Assembly: GCF_006345805.1 (NCBI RefSeq)
Contig: NC_043011.1
Coordinates: forward strand, 8,184,001 to 8,248,000
DNA from: Octopus sinensis
Taxonomy: Eukaryota
Reading direction: 5' to 3'
DNA length: 64,000 nt
The position numbers and the translations under genes are program-made. Each line of letters opens with the position of its first letter. Positions within the stretch are counted from its first letter, which is position 1. Positions 25,901 through 38,590 of the stretch are shown here, in pieces. The notes beneath the pieces were generated by a model, which had not been told where the DNA came from, did not search any database, and was given only the letters and a program-made list of their open reading frames with translations.

Positions 25901-26184
25901 CTTACGGCAGAGGGAAGGATATCGATGTGGGAGTAATCGTAGTCAAAAGCAAAAAGGGCTATCAGTCGGCCAACGGTCACGTGAGAAGAGAAGAGAGAGG
26001 AAAAGAGGAACCAAGGAATTGTTGCATAGTCGGATCGTTGGCACCTAAACCGGTCACCTCACCCAGCTTGATTGTTGAGGAAAGGGATTTATTCGACATT
26101 CTTCTGGACAAAATCCCAAATCTGTCAAAGTGGGGAGGAACTCAAGAAAGTCAACAGCTATCCAATAAAGTGTAAATATTTATA

Positions 26185-26557
26185 TCTATATATATAAAGC
26201 TGAAGTTGTTTGTGTGTGGCAGGTTTGGTAGCCTTCAACTAACATTATCTCCTCCGAGACCCGGCGGCGCAAGTTGACCAAAATTGAAAGTATGATTGAA
26301 GAAGGCTTCAAAATTCAAATCGGACCATGTTAACACCAAACAATTATTTATATAAAAAAGGTGATTTTTTTTCTATGAAAATCCCTATTTTTTACGATTT
26401 TTTGACTGCTGTGTCGCCATTTTTCAGTGTATTTCAGCCAGGAAAAATGTTCACTTAAAGAGAATAACAAGCTACATAATGCAAAAGTTTTACTTTTCAA
26501 AAATTCCAATTCTAAAGGGTCGAAACAAACCCGAGCAACGCCGGGTGATACTGCTAG
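26185..26557 (+). mobile_element. Non-autonomous Helitron
   Basis: A|TC 5' end (TCTATATATATAAAG), 3' hairpin CCCG-AGCAACGC-CGGG about 10 nt before CTAG|T, no TSD. Confidence 0.88.
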
Positions 26558-27178
26558 TGTTTGTATAAATGAATTCTTGGCAGATATGAGCTGGGAGGGA
26601 GAAATATACAGGTTGATGTCCAAGGGACGACCAGGGACGAAGGGAATCTCGTCTTTGTCAATGCATCCCTCTCGGAAAAGGTTAACTCGTATACAGGTGA
26701 CTGAAAGTGACTCCCTATTTTAAAATATTTATAAATTATTTATTAATTGTAATTTTTACAAAAATATGGATATTTAAAATTCGATATGGGCTCTAGATGT
26801 CGTCACCAGCTTCTTCGTCGCAAAAATAAGATAAAAAAAAAGAAAAGAATATTTTCAGCTTCCACACAAAACCATATTTGTTTTTCTGGGTTTCTCTTGG
26901 ATCGATTCAGTGGGGAAAAAAACTGCAAGAAAAGTGAAATGCGAAACAGAGAAAGAAAAATAATAACAATAATGATAACGTCGTCGTTGGTTGAATTAAA
27001 AGGCATTAATAATTTTACAGGTATTTTATATATTTAATTTAGTTTAAAGGCAAAATGGTGAATAGGTCAGATTTACGTTCGGGTTTTTATACAATCCAAC
27101 GCTGGAAAATCAAAATGAATAAAAATGAAATATATAATCCGGAAGTACGGTGAGCAGATATTTATTTAAGGAAGGAAC

Positions 27179-27215
<37 letters not shown>

Positions 27216-28484
27216 CAAAGAGGATAAGGGTAGAGGGGGAGAGAGAGGGTGATGAGGAGAAGGCAAGGGAGAGACGATGAGAGAAAAGATTGGTGCCAAG
27301 CAGAAAAAGATGTAAAGAACGAAGACACACGCACACACGCACACACACACGCGCACACGCACACACGCACACGCACACACGCACATGCACACGCACACAT
27401 GCACACACACACATGCACACACAAACACACATTATCAAACACACACACACACACGCATGCATATAAAAACACACACTCAAACACACACATGCACATATAT
27501 ACAGACATAGACATACACACAAATATATACACTTATATATATATATAATTATATATATATACAAATGTGTGTGTGTGTGTAATTATATACGTATATGCAT
27601 ATATAGTAGTGCGCATATGCACAGTTATATATACATATATCATACATGCATACATATCTATATATGTATATACAAACATATTGTTGTATGTATATGCATA
27701 CACAGACGCACACACACACACATATGTATATACGCACACACATACACACGCGTGCGCGCACACACACATACGCACACACACATATACACACATATATATA
27801 GCGAAAGAGAGAGAGACAGTGAGATACGGAAAGAGAGTGAGAGAGGTAGAAAGCGCACACAAGAGAGGGAGAAAGAGAGAGGGAGAGGGAGAGAGAGAGA
27901 GCAAAAGAGAGAGAGATATGTAGGCAGATGACAGTATACTGTTTATGAATGTGTGTGTGTGTGTGTGTATGTGTGTGTAAGAGAGGGAGAGAGAGAGTGA
28001 GTGAGAGACAGAAACAGAGCGAAAGATAGGGTGAAAGACAGAGAGAGAGTGAGTGAGTGAGTGAGAGTGAGAGAAGGAAAGTCGAAATAGTTCCGTTGCC
28101 TTTCTGTAAAGGACACTTAATTATATAATTATGCCATAAACAATTAAGAAGACACTATTAATGCGTGTGAAATGTAAGTACATTCTCAGTTTGCCAAGGA
28201 AGGTGAATCCGCTTACTGTTGAGTGCTTCCTATCCAGGGGGACGTGCAATTCCCTTCCTGTACTTTTACAGAACGGCACACACTACTACAGTCCTGCAAT
28301 AACTTCACAAGTATTCAATGTTTGACAGACAGGCGAGTAGATGGATAGATATGTGTGTGTGCGTGTGTGTGCCCGCACGTCTATATGTTTGTGTGTGTAT
28401 GCGTATGTGTGTATGTGCGCGTGCGTGTGTGTATGTACATATATATATATACATATATATATATACATATATATATACATATAT

Positions 28485-29485
28485 ACCGTTATATATATTT
28501 TGTTTATTCATTACTGTTTTCAATTTCGTTTTCGTCTCTTGTATTTACATCCGTCTTGTGCGTTCACATTCCTGTCTTCTACCAAGAAATCTAATGCTTA
28601 CAGCTTAGTTTTTTTCTTGGGGCTGGCCGAGTTGGAGCAAATATCAGAATTGAACAGCCGAAATTTGCTATGATGATTCGGTGTCTGACTGAAGATTGAA
28701 GGCTTCGAATGATTTGTCTGTGTTCTGTGTTCGTCCCTTCCTGTATTTCACGTTCATTATATATAAAAACATTCATTCTTATATTATTGCGGCGTTACGT
28801 GCACCCCCCCCCCCCGTTTGTTTGTCCAATTTTAAACCCTGCACGACTTCTATACACGCTGTCTTTCCTACCCGCCATTGCTTCTTCACCAAACTATTTT
28901 GGCGCCCTCCGATTCTTCCCCCTCTTCCTCCCATCCTCCTTAATCCCTTCTTTCTCCTTTTCTCTTGGTCACTGATTCTGTCCCCTGCCTTCCACCCTCT
29001 TTGATTCCCTCTCTCTCTGTCTCTCTTTCTCTCTCTCTCCTGCGACCTGCTGATTCTTAACCATTCTGTTGGCCATCGTATCTTGACCAACATGTGTCCC
29101 CGCTACCGAACGGTAATTATTTCTACGCCACTGCTATGTTGTTGTTGTTTTGTCTCATTTGGTCTAAAGTCGTATGACAACCACCGTTATATATATATTG
29201 TTTATTCATTACTGTTTTCAATTTCGTTTTCGTCTCTTGTATTTACATCCGTCTTGTGCGTTCACATTCCTGTCTTCTACCAAGAAATCTAATGCTTACA
29301 GCTTAGTTTTTTTTTTCTTGGGGCTGGCCGAGTTGGAGCAAATATCAGAATTGAACAGCCGAAATTTGCTATGATGATTCGGTGTCTGACTGAAGATTGA
29401 AGGCTTCGAATGATTTGTCTGTGTTCCGTGTTCGTCCCTTCCTGTATTTCACGTTCATTATATATAAAAACATTCATTCTTATAT
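28485..29485 (+). mobile_element. Non-coding element with about 300 bp direct repeats (28485-28784, 29183-29485); Penelope pseudo-LTR-like (family P1)
   Basis: Near-identical direct repeats around a pyrimidine-rich spacer of about 400 bp, flanked by (TA)n. Confidence 0.7.
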
Positions 29486-29576
29486 ATATATATATACAAA
29501 AAAAGGACAACAAACATTAAGGCAAGGCAAACATCTCAAGTCGTATACAGTATTATTTGGAAAACAAAACTTCAAA

Positions 29577-29632
29577 GTCTTACAACTGTTTCTGGGATAT
29601 CCCCGTGTATGGGATATTCCGTAATCAGAGAC
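29577..29632 (-). ncRNA. Type I hammerhead motif with one core substitution
   Basis: Minus strand: GTCT-CTGATTA-CGGAATATCCC-ATACACG-GGGATATCCCA-GAA-ACAGTTGT-A-AGAC. All three helices are present; G8 is replaced by U. Confidence 0.6.
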
Positions 29633-30045
29633 AAGTAGGGGAAAATAGGGAAGATGAGAAAGGTATATATTAATGAGATGACGACATAGAGGAAGGATGT
29701 AAAAGAATAAGGAGATGGAAAGAGAGAAGAAAAAAGAAACATAAAAGTTCATAGTTCAACTTTCCAAAGTTATAGAAACCAGAGCATGAGTCCTTAGGTG
29801 CAATCCTGCGGAGATCCGTGTGGATTAAAATCCTGATATTAGCAGACATCCAGAGAAAGAAGACGCAAACATATCAGCGTTGAATAACGTGTATGTATAT
29901 ATTAGACGGACATAAGTTCCAGCGGCGTTTATTCAGGAACAAATTTTTGAGTACATTTAAGAGTACAATATTTGAAGCAATTTAGCGTTACATTACAAAA
30001 GTACCCTTAGGTATAGCAGGAAATATTGCTGTCTAATAATCTGAA

Positions 30046-30330
30046 AGGCACTCCGTCAGTTACGACGACGCGGGTTGCAGTTGATCCTATGATGAACGGA
30101 ACAGCCTGCTCGTGAAAGCAACGCGAAAGTGGCTGCGTGCCCTATAAACACGCGTACCCTCAACGAAGTTCTCAGTGAGATACAGCGTGGCACTAAATGT
30201 ACAGCTCATATTTGCCAGCTGAGTGGGCTGGGGTAATGTGGAACGAAGTACCTTGGTCGAGGACATAACGTACTGTCGGGTAATGTACTCATCGTGAGCC
30301 GAATGCCTTAACCATTTAGCCACGCGTCTT
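30046..30330 (-). mobile_element. SINE family C (tRNA head plus CORE-like centre)
   Basis: CACTCAGCTGGCAAATATGAG centre. Tail shared with 43282-43602 and 53229-53545. Confidence 0.8.
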
Positions 30331-30604
30331 CTCTCTAATAATAATATGTAAGTAACTGTCATACCGAATCTCAGGGTAGGCCTCTGGCCCACCACTCCAG
30401 AATTTCCCTTCTGTCTGTCTTTTAAACAGGTTCAACATATTACTTACTCATTTGTGCTAGCTGAGTGGATTGAGGCAACGTAAAATGAAGTGTCTTGCTC
30501 AAGAGCAGAACACATCACCCGCTCCACAAACAAAAACCTCAATCTTGAGATCTTGAACCCAACACCCATAACCACTAAATCACATGCCTCCACTGACACG
30601 TGAT

Positions 30605-30985
30605 TTAGCACGTTGGGCAAAATTCTTGGCGGTATTTCGTCTGCCGTTACGTTCTGAGTTCAAATTCCGCCGAGGTCGACTTTGCTTTTCATCCTTTCGA
30701 GGTCGATAAATTAAGTTCCAGTTACGCACTGGGGTCGATATAATCGACTTAATCCGTTTGTCTGTCCTTGTTTGTCCCTTCTGTGTTTAGCCCCTTGTGG
30801 GTAGTAAAGAAATAGATATTTCGTCTGCCTTTACATTCTGCTTTCAAATATTGCCGAAGCCGACTTTATCTTTCATCTTTTCGGGGGTCGATAAAATTTA
30901 AGCACCATTCGAGCATTGGGGTTGATGTAATCGACTTGCTCCCAACTCCGAAATTGCTGGCCTTGTGCCAAAATTTGATACCTAT
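30605..30985 (+). mobile_element. SINE family B with two internal units
   Basis: TTCGTCTGCC..GAGGTCGACTTTGC..GTCGATAAA unit repeated twice. Confidence 0.88.
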
Positions 30986-31779
30986 ATTTAAATAAATAGT
31001 ATTCTTATGGAGTCAGGCTAGGGCGAAGAGACCATCAGATTAAAATTTGCCCATGGTAGAGAGAGCCACGGACAAAATTAACATTGAGGAGGCCTAGTTT
31101 TGCATATGGAACTCCGAGTGATTTTCTCATACATTATTTTCTTGAGGGGAAATGTGCATCTTAAGCCCAATCAAATGCGATGATTTATTTAATCGACCTC
31201 GGAAGGATAAAAGGCAAATTTGAAACCTTAGCGAGATTTGAACGTTGATCGTTACCGAAACAAATACTTCCAGGCGTTGTATACGACGCTCCAATGTCTT
31301 TGGAAATCCACCACTCTCGGTGTTCCACTGATTCTGCCAGACAAAACATCATGATGCTCGACAAACAGGAAGCCATCTTGATTTTATAAAAAAAATATGG
31401 TGGTTTGTCTACCGTCTTTTCAATTCTCACAGCCTTCCTTCCACCTCGTATTACTGTCAGCACAGCACACATAAACACTCTCTCTTCATCTCCTTCTTTC
31501 TCTCTCTTTTCTTTCTTTCTTTCCCTTCTCCTTCTCTCTCTCTCTCTCTCTGTCTCTCTCTAAACGTGGACGGCATTTAATAGCAATAAGGCAAAGGAAA
31601 AGACGAAATTGGATAATGGAGTCCAGAAGACATGAAATGAAATAAGAAAAATTCAAATTAATGAAATAGAAAAGTAGGATGGTCACATTTGGAACCCCTT
31701 TGAAGATAGTTTCTGCTAAATTAGGGGTGACCTGGGTGTAAACAAAATCAAGAACAAGAGTAACCACGAAACAACAGCA

Positions 31780-31858
31780 TCATCATAGACAGCAGCAACA
31801 CACCTACAGCATAATGGTCGTCATCACCCTCATCATCTTCAGCAGCAGCAGCAGCAGT

Positions 31859-31894
<36 letters not shown>

Positions 31895-32230
31895 GACGAT
31901 AACAACAAAGACAACAACAGCGTCTTCAACAGCATGATCACAACCACCACCACCACCACCACCACCTACATCATTACCACCACCATCACCCCACCACCAT
32001 CACCACCACCACCACCACCACCACCACCACCACCACACCTCCACCACCTCCACCACCACCACCACCACCACCACCACCACCAGTTTCGTTTTCATCACCA
32101 TCGCCATCAACATCATATCCACCTCCACCCCCACTACCACCTGCAACCCCAGCATCATTTTATCCTTCTCATCAACTTCATCTTCATCATCATCATCATC
32201 AACAGCAACAACGACAGCAACAACCACAAA
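31780..32230. repeat. Compound triplet repeat (CAG/CAA/CAC/CAT)n
   Basis: Direct reading. It gives a low-complexity ORF only. Confidence 0.9.
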
Positions 32231-32389
32231 CAACAGTGGGAGAAATTGATGGCAAGCTCCCTGACAAGTCGAGGTATGGTATCCGGTTTCGGTTCCTGGT
32301 TGAAGTAATTTCCCTCCACTTCCGTTGCTAATACCCTTGGGGGGAAAGTATTTATTCATTCATTTCATCCACCTCTTTACCTTATCCAC

Positions 32390-32505
32390 CTTCTTCTTCT
32401 TCTTCTTCTTCTTCTTCTTCTTCTTCTTCTTCTTCTTCTTCTTCTTCTTCTTCTTCTTCTTCTTCTTCTTCTTCTTCTTCTTCTTCTTCTTCTTCTTCTT
32501 CTTCT
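32390..32505. repeat. Pure (TTC)n microsatellite
   Basis: About 38 uninterrupted units. Confidence 0.97.
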
Positions 32506-32800
32506 TTCAACACACCCCTGTTAAAACAGACTCTATGTACCCGTTTTTTTCGTCATCCTGTTACCCCCGCCAACCGCCAACTCCATCTCCTAGAAGAAAA
32601 AATAACAACAACGACACTTATCACGTGCCATACACCTCTCTTCTTCTTCTTCTTCTTCTTCTCATCCTTCTTAATATGCTCTCGCATACTCACGACTTAA
32701 CATTTATGCATAAATATATTTATATACATACATACATGCATACATATATATATATATGTATGAATGGATTACATGTATGTAAATGTGTGTGTGTATGTAT

Positions 32801-32830
<30 letters not shown>

Positions 32831-32832
<2 letters not shown>

Positions 32833-33226
32833 CTCTTTTACTCTTTTACTTGTTTCAGTCATTTGACTGCGGCCATGCTGGAGCACCGCCTTTAGTCGAG
32901 CAAATCGACCCCGGGACTTATTCTTTGTAAGCCCAGTACTTATTCTATCGGTCTCTTTACGGGGACGTAAACACACCAGCATCGGTTGTCAAGCAATGCT
33001 AGGGGGACAAACACACACACACAAAAACACACACATACATATATATATATATACATATATACGACAGGCTTCTTTCAGTTTCCGTCTACCAAATCCACTC
33101 ACAAGGCATTGGTCGGCCCGGGGCTATAGCAGAAGACACATGCCCAAGATGCCACGCAGTGGGACTGAACCCAGAACCATGTGGTTGGTTAGCAAGCTAC
33201 TTACCACACAGCTACTCCTGCGCCTA
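32831..33226 (-). mobile_element. SINE family A, full length, low divergence
   Basis: Reverse complement closely matches 47286-47739. Confidence 0.92.
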
Positions 33227-33272
<46 letters not shown>

Positions 33273-33659
33273 TATCGAAATATAACTGTTAGATCCAAGT
33301 GTAGGAAGTTTGTAAGCTTCGTGCAGTCTGTGGTAGGTATAAAAACAACTTTCAGGAACAATAGTTTTCATTAATCTTTATATTTTCATCTTTTTTCTTC
33401 TGTTCTTCTGGTTTTACCATTCATTTCAAATCACAATTTCGCTTTGTCAATTTGGAATCCCCAAACAATAACGTCCCCTTCATATATTTAAGGTACCTAT
33501 GGCCTCGAAGAGTAGGTGTTGAGCAAACCTCATTGAGTCAGTATTACATCAGAGGATCTACTAGTTATGAAACATACCTGGATTTTTACCTGTTTCACAC
33601 GAAACACAGCTGCATTTTACCTGTTCCACTCTCAGTTTGGATTATATATATGCATATAT

Positions 33660-33960
33660 GTGGAGGCACATGGCCTAGTGGTTAGAGCAGAGAACTCGCG
33701 GTCGAGGGATCGTGGTTTCGAATCTCAGACCAGGCGATGTGTATGTTCATGAGCGAAACACCTATGCTCCACGCGGCTCCGGCAGAAGATAATCGCGAAC
33801 CTCTGCTAATTCTTTAGTCACAACTGTCGCTCTTTCCTCCTTCATCTAACAGCTCACCTGCGACACACTAGCGTCCCGTCCAAGTGGGGAACCTATACGC
33901 CAACGAAACCGTGAAATCGGCCCTTATGAGTCAGGCATGGCTCGAGGAAAAACAAGCAAC
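33660..33960 (+). mobile_element. SINE family D
   Basis: Head TGGCCTAGTGGTTAGAGCAG..CTCGCGGTCG..GGTTTCGAATC and centre GCTCCACGCGGCTCCGGCA, as in 11912-12217. Confidence 0.82.
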
Positions 33961-34107
33961 AATAATATGCATATATGCATATATGCATACATGCATAAAC
34001 ACATATATACATACGTACATAAGTGTATATATGCATACATATATTTCCAATCTTCCTACTTAAATTCTGTCGATCTTCGGCTTCTGGAAATCCGAGAGAG
34101 AAGAATT

Positions 34108-34701
34108 TTTTTTCTACTCTAGGCAGAAGGTCCGAAATTTTTTTTTGGGGGGGGGGAACCAGTCGATTAGATCGACCCCAGTATGTAACTGGTACTTAAT
34201 TCATCGACCCAAGAAAGGATGAAAGGCAAAGTCGACCACGGTGGAATTTGAATTCAGAACGTAGCGGCAGACGAAATACCTATTTCTTTACTACCCACAA
34301 AGGGCTAAACACAGAAGGGACAAACAAGGACAGACAAACAGATTAAGTCGATTATATCGATCCCAGTGCGTGACTGGTACTTATTTAATCGACCCCGAAG
34401 GGATGAAAGGCAAAGTCGACCTCGGCGGAATTTGAACTCAGAACGTAACGGCAGACGAAATACATATTTCTATTTCTTTACTTCCTACAAGGGGCTAAAC
34501 ATAGAGAGGATTAACAAGGACAGACAAACGGATTAAATTGATTACATCAACCCCAGTGCATAACTGGTACTTATTTAATCGACCCCGAAAGGATGAAAGG
34601 CAAAGTCGACCTCGACGGAATTTGAACTCAGAACGTAGCGGCAGACGAAATACGGTTACGCATTTCGCCCGGCGTGCTAACGTTTCTGCCAGCTCGCCGC
34701 C
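34108..34701 (-). mobile_element. SINE family B with three tandem internal units of about 185-190 bp
   Basis: CCCAGT..CTGGTACT..GAAAGGATGAAAGGCAAAGTCGAC..CAGACGAAATAC repeated three times. Confidence 0.9.
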
Positions 34702-35702
34702 CTCCGAGAGAGAAGAATTTCTCGTACCTTTCTACCAACTTTTACTCCTCATGCTTTAAATTCCTACCCACTGACCTCCTAAACTGCAGTGACCACCTGT
34801 ACACACACTCTTTGCTCCTCAGTCAATATTTGTACATGTTCACTCTCTTGCCTTCCATTTTTCTCCATCATCCATCTCTTAATAACCCTTCATTAACTTT
34901 GTCATCAACCACTGCGCTACGAGAAAAGTCTACTGAAGATCGCTCAGTCTAAATTTATGAATACGAGCGTGAAGGCAAGGAGCACAATAAACTGTAGACT
35001 CTTTATATACACGCACGGGTTCTGTGTGTGTGCGGGAGAGGGGTAATTTGTGACTAATTTTTACTGTACTGCGCTAATGTCCCGGAACAGAAGTACGACA
35101 TCCAGGTTGCAGGGCTTCCAGTCTGAGAATTCGTTCCGCTCTTCCTCCTACAACTCTTGGAATCCCTATAACGGATGATAGGAACTGTCTCCCCTCTTGA
35201 CTAAAGTACAAAACAAACATTGAAATGGCCACTGAAATCTGTGTTAATAACCTTGTAGCTACCATCAAATAGTTATACATTTGAGATGAAAGTTATGAAA
35301 TACGCTAGTCGCTTATTGCTCAGAATTCACTATGTCGTTAACCTTGACAAGTATTGAATGTATTCAAATATACCTAAACATAACATTAACCTTGAAATAA
35401 AGCCACAGTAAACCGTAATATAATATAGTTTTAATTTCATAGAATTCTCTTCATGATCCGTGACGTCAGTTTTGGCAACTGTGGCTATTGTTGTTGAACA
35501 AATTTGAATACAAGAACTAAGTGATTGATACTGGTCTACGCCAGTTCAGTGACATAAAAATATAAGGAATTATGTATGTGAGACGTGAAAAAGCGAAATA
35601 TACAACATCCTTCCGAACAGGAAGACTATTTTGTTGGGCTTTTTGTGCTTATGGTTTTTTTTCTTTTTGAGAATGTGGCCTGTAATACGATTTTTCTCCC
35701 CA

Positions 35703-35802
35703 NNNNNNNNNNNNNNNNNNNNNNNNNNNNNNNNNNNNNNNNNNNNNNNNNNNNNNNNNNNNNNNNNNNNNNNNNNNNNNNNNNNNNNNNNNNNNNNNNN
35801 NN
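35703..35802. other. Assembly gap (100 N)
   Basis: Run of N; the true length is unknown. Confidence 1.
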
Positions 35803-37123
35803 CACGTCCTCGCGTTGTGCTTTCTCTTTGGTTTTTCATGTTTGGATTAACTACACACACACACACATACACACACTGTTCGTACAATATTTACTATTAT
35901 TGCTGCTTTCTTCTAATGCTATTACTGGTACTATTTAGAATTCATCAACTCGTTACATTCATCACACACATATCCGTCTTGCACATCAACATCAGTGTTT
36001 TTAGGATAAGAACCCACATCGGCTACGTCTAGCCTTTGTAACATTCTGCCCCCTCCTGTTGTATCTCGCTGCTGTTAACACTAAAGCTCGTCACCCTTGT
36101 CATAACCACCCACTCACTTCCCTTTGAATGCTATGCTCATTTACAACTGTTTGGCCATCACCAGCACAGACATTTTGTGTATTTAGAATAATCTGGATGC
36201 AATATGGACTGAAAATATAAAGGAATGTTGGAGGAATAGTTTTGTCAGAAATAGCTGTAAAATGTTAAGATGAACAGACCAGACATAGTCATCTGGGACT
36301 GAGAGACGTTAGTGAGCTCAGTAATAGAAATCAGTTGTTTATCAAATGACGTTATCTGAACGAGAAACAAAGGAAAACGAAAAGGACGTCTGCCGAACTA
36401 ATCAGATATCGATCGATAATACAGACGGACTATAATTTTCGATTGCTCCCTAATAATCTCCGATTATTAGGAGTCTTATTGATGTGGCTAAATGCTTCAG
36501 CACTTGTCTTGAGAAGCTTCACGCTGTAATACAAATAAAAGATCGTCATTTGCAGAATGTAATTGTAATACAAGTTATGTGAAATATTCTAGAAGTTCAA
36601 TCGGTATTATGTACAAAGATACTTGTATATGCATAGAAATATATGTTTGTCTTCGCATGCATAACTTAAGATACAGTTTTTCACACGAGATGACATACAT
36701 GCATACAAATATTTACCACCACACACACACACACACGTACATCTGTGAGTAGAGATATGCGTACTTCAATACATATAAGTATACATGCATACATGCATAT
36801 ACACATACATATTTATATCAAAAGGATTTATGCAGTATCAGAATAACATTGTAAATTGCCTTGATGTAGCCTGGTCGGATGTTTTTGGTAAGAATGTAAA
36901 CACTAAGCTGGGTGGAAACTACACCCCCATTACTTGACTGAACATTAGGCATAAACTTTTAATCACCTTCCTTCACTTCTTCCCTAAGTATTAAGCACAA
37001 ATTTTCGATCATTTCCCTCAGAATATAACACTAACGTGGGTGAAGACTATACGTTCATTGCTTACCCAAACATCATAAGATATACATATGCAATAAATTT
37101 ATGAATATATTTATATATATATG

Positions 37124-37187
<64 letters not shown>

Positions 37188-37465
37188 TATATATATAAGC
37201 GCCCACTAGTACACACAAACGCTGTCAAACAGAGACGCAGTCCGATAGATATATGTTACTATACACATATACAGTTAGCCATATGCTCACACGTGGGCAC
37301 ACACACGCACACACACACACATGCCGCTAGACAGGAATATACGCCCAGTCAGACACATTTATATGTGAATACATCGAGGGACAGACAGACCAACAGGGAA
37401 AATTGACCCACGCGCGCAGACACACATGTACAAAAGCAGAAATATTCTGAGTGGGACAGTGACAG

Positions 37466-37741
<276 letters not shown>

Positions 37742-38161
37742 TAAAAGGGGAGAGAGAGAGAGAGAGAGAGAGGAAGACAACATTCTTTCTCTAACATACG
37801 TACTTTGCTTCAATATCTTCCATGCCACAATGACATTCCACATTTTTGCAATATATAGAGAAATGATGCAAAAAAATGATTAAGTGCAAAAATGTGTCTG
37901 TAGGTATATGTGTGTGTGTGAGTGTGCGTATGCGTGCATATACATTTATATTCAGGTTTGGTGGATGCAGATAGGCTGCATATGTGTGGGTGTATACATA
38001 TACACATGCACACATATAACGCGGAGTAGATAAAACAGAGGACAACTGATGAAGGGAATGTTCTTTATGTTGCCCGTCTCGTTTCTCATTTTGCTCCCGA
38101 TGTATATACACATGAATATGTAGGTATGTATATGCATGTATATATGCATAAATACATATAC

Positions 38162-38370
38162 CTCTCTTTACTCTTTTACTTGTTTCAGTCATTTGACTGT
38201 GGCCATGCAGGAGCACCACCTTTAGTCGAGGAAATCGATCCCAGGACTTATTCCTTGTAAGACTAGTACTTCTATTGGTCTCTTGGGCCGAACCACTACG
38301 TTACGGGAACATAAACACACCAGCGTTGGTTGTCAAGCGATGGTGGGTGGGGGAAAACATCGATACACAA

Positions 38371-38428
<58 letters not shown>

Positions 38429-38590
38429 CAACGGGCTTCTTTCAATCTCCGACTACCAAATCCATTCACAAGGCTTTGGTGTGCCCGAGGCTATAGTAGA
38501 AGACACTTGCTCAAGGTGCCATGCAGTGGGACTGAACCCGGAACTATGTAGTTGGTAAGGAAGTTACTTACCACACAGCCACTCCGTCTA
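38162..38590 (-). mobile_element. SINE family A
   Basis: Family A tail, internal (TA)n and head in reverse orientation. Confidence 0.9.

Noticed and set aside
31814-32308. 164 aa S/N/T/P/H-rich ORF resembling a transcription-factor low-complexity region
   Set aside because: It is almost entirely triplet repeats, with no domain or splice context.
36037-36057. Polypurine tract followed by TGTTACA on the minus strand, like a 3' LTR start
   Set aside because: There is no partner LTR, PBS or gag/pol remnant, and the adjacent gap prevents a check.
36449-36471. 10 bp perfect hairpin CCTAATAATC/GATTATTAGG
   Set aside because: An isolated AT-rich stem, plausible by chance.
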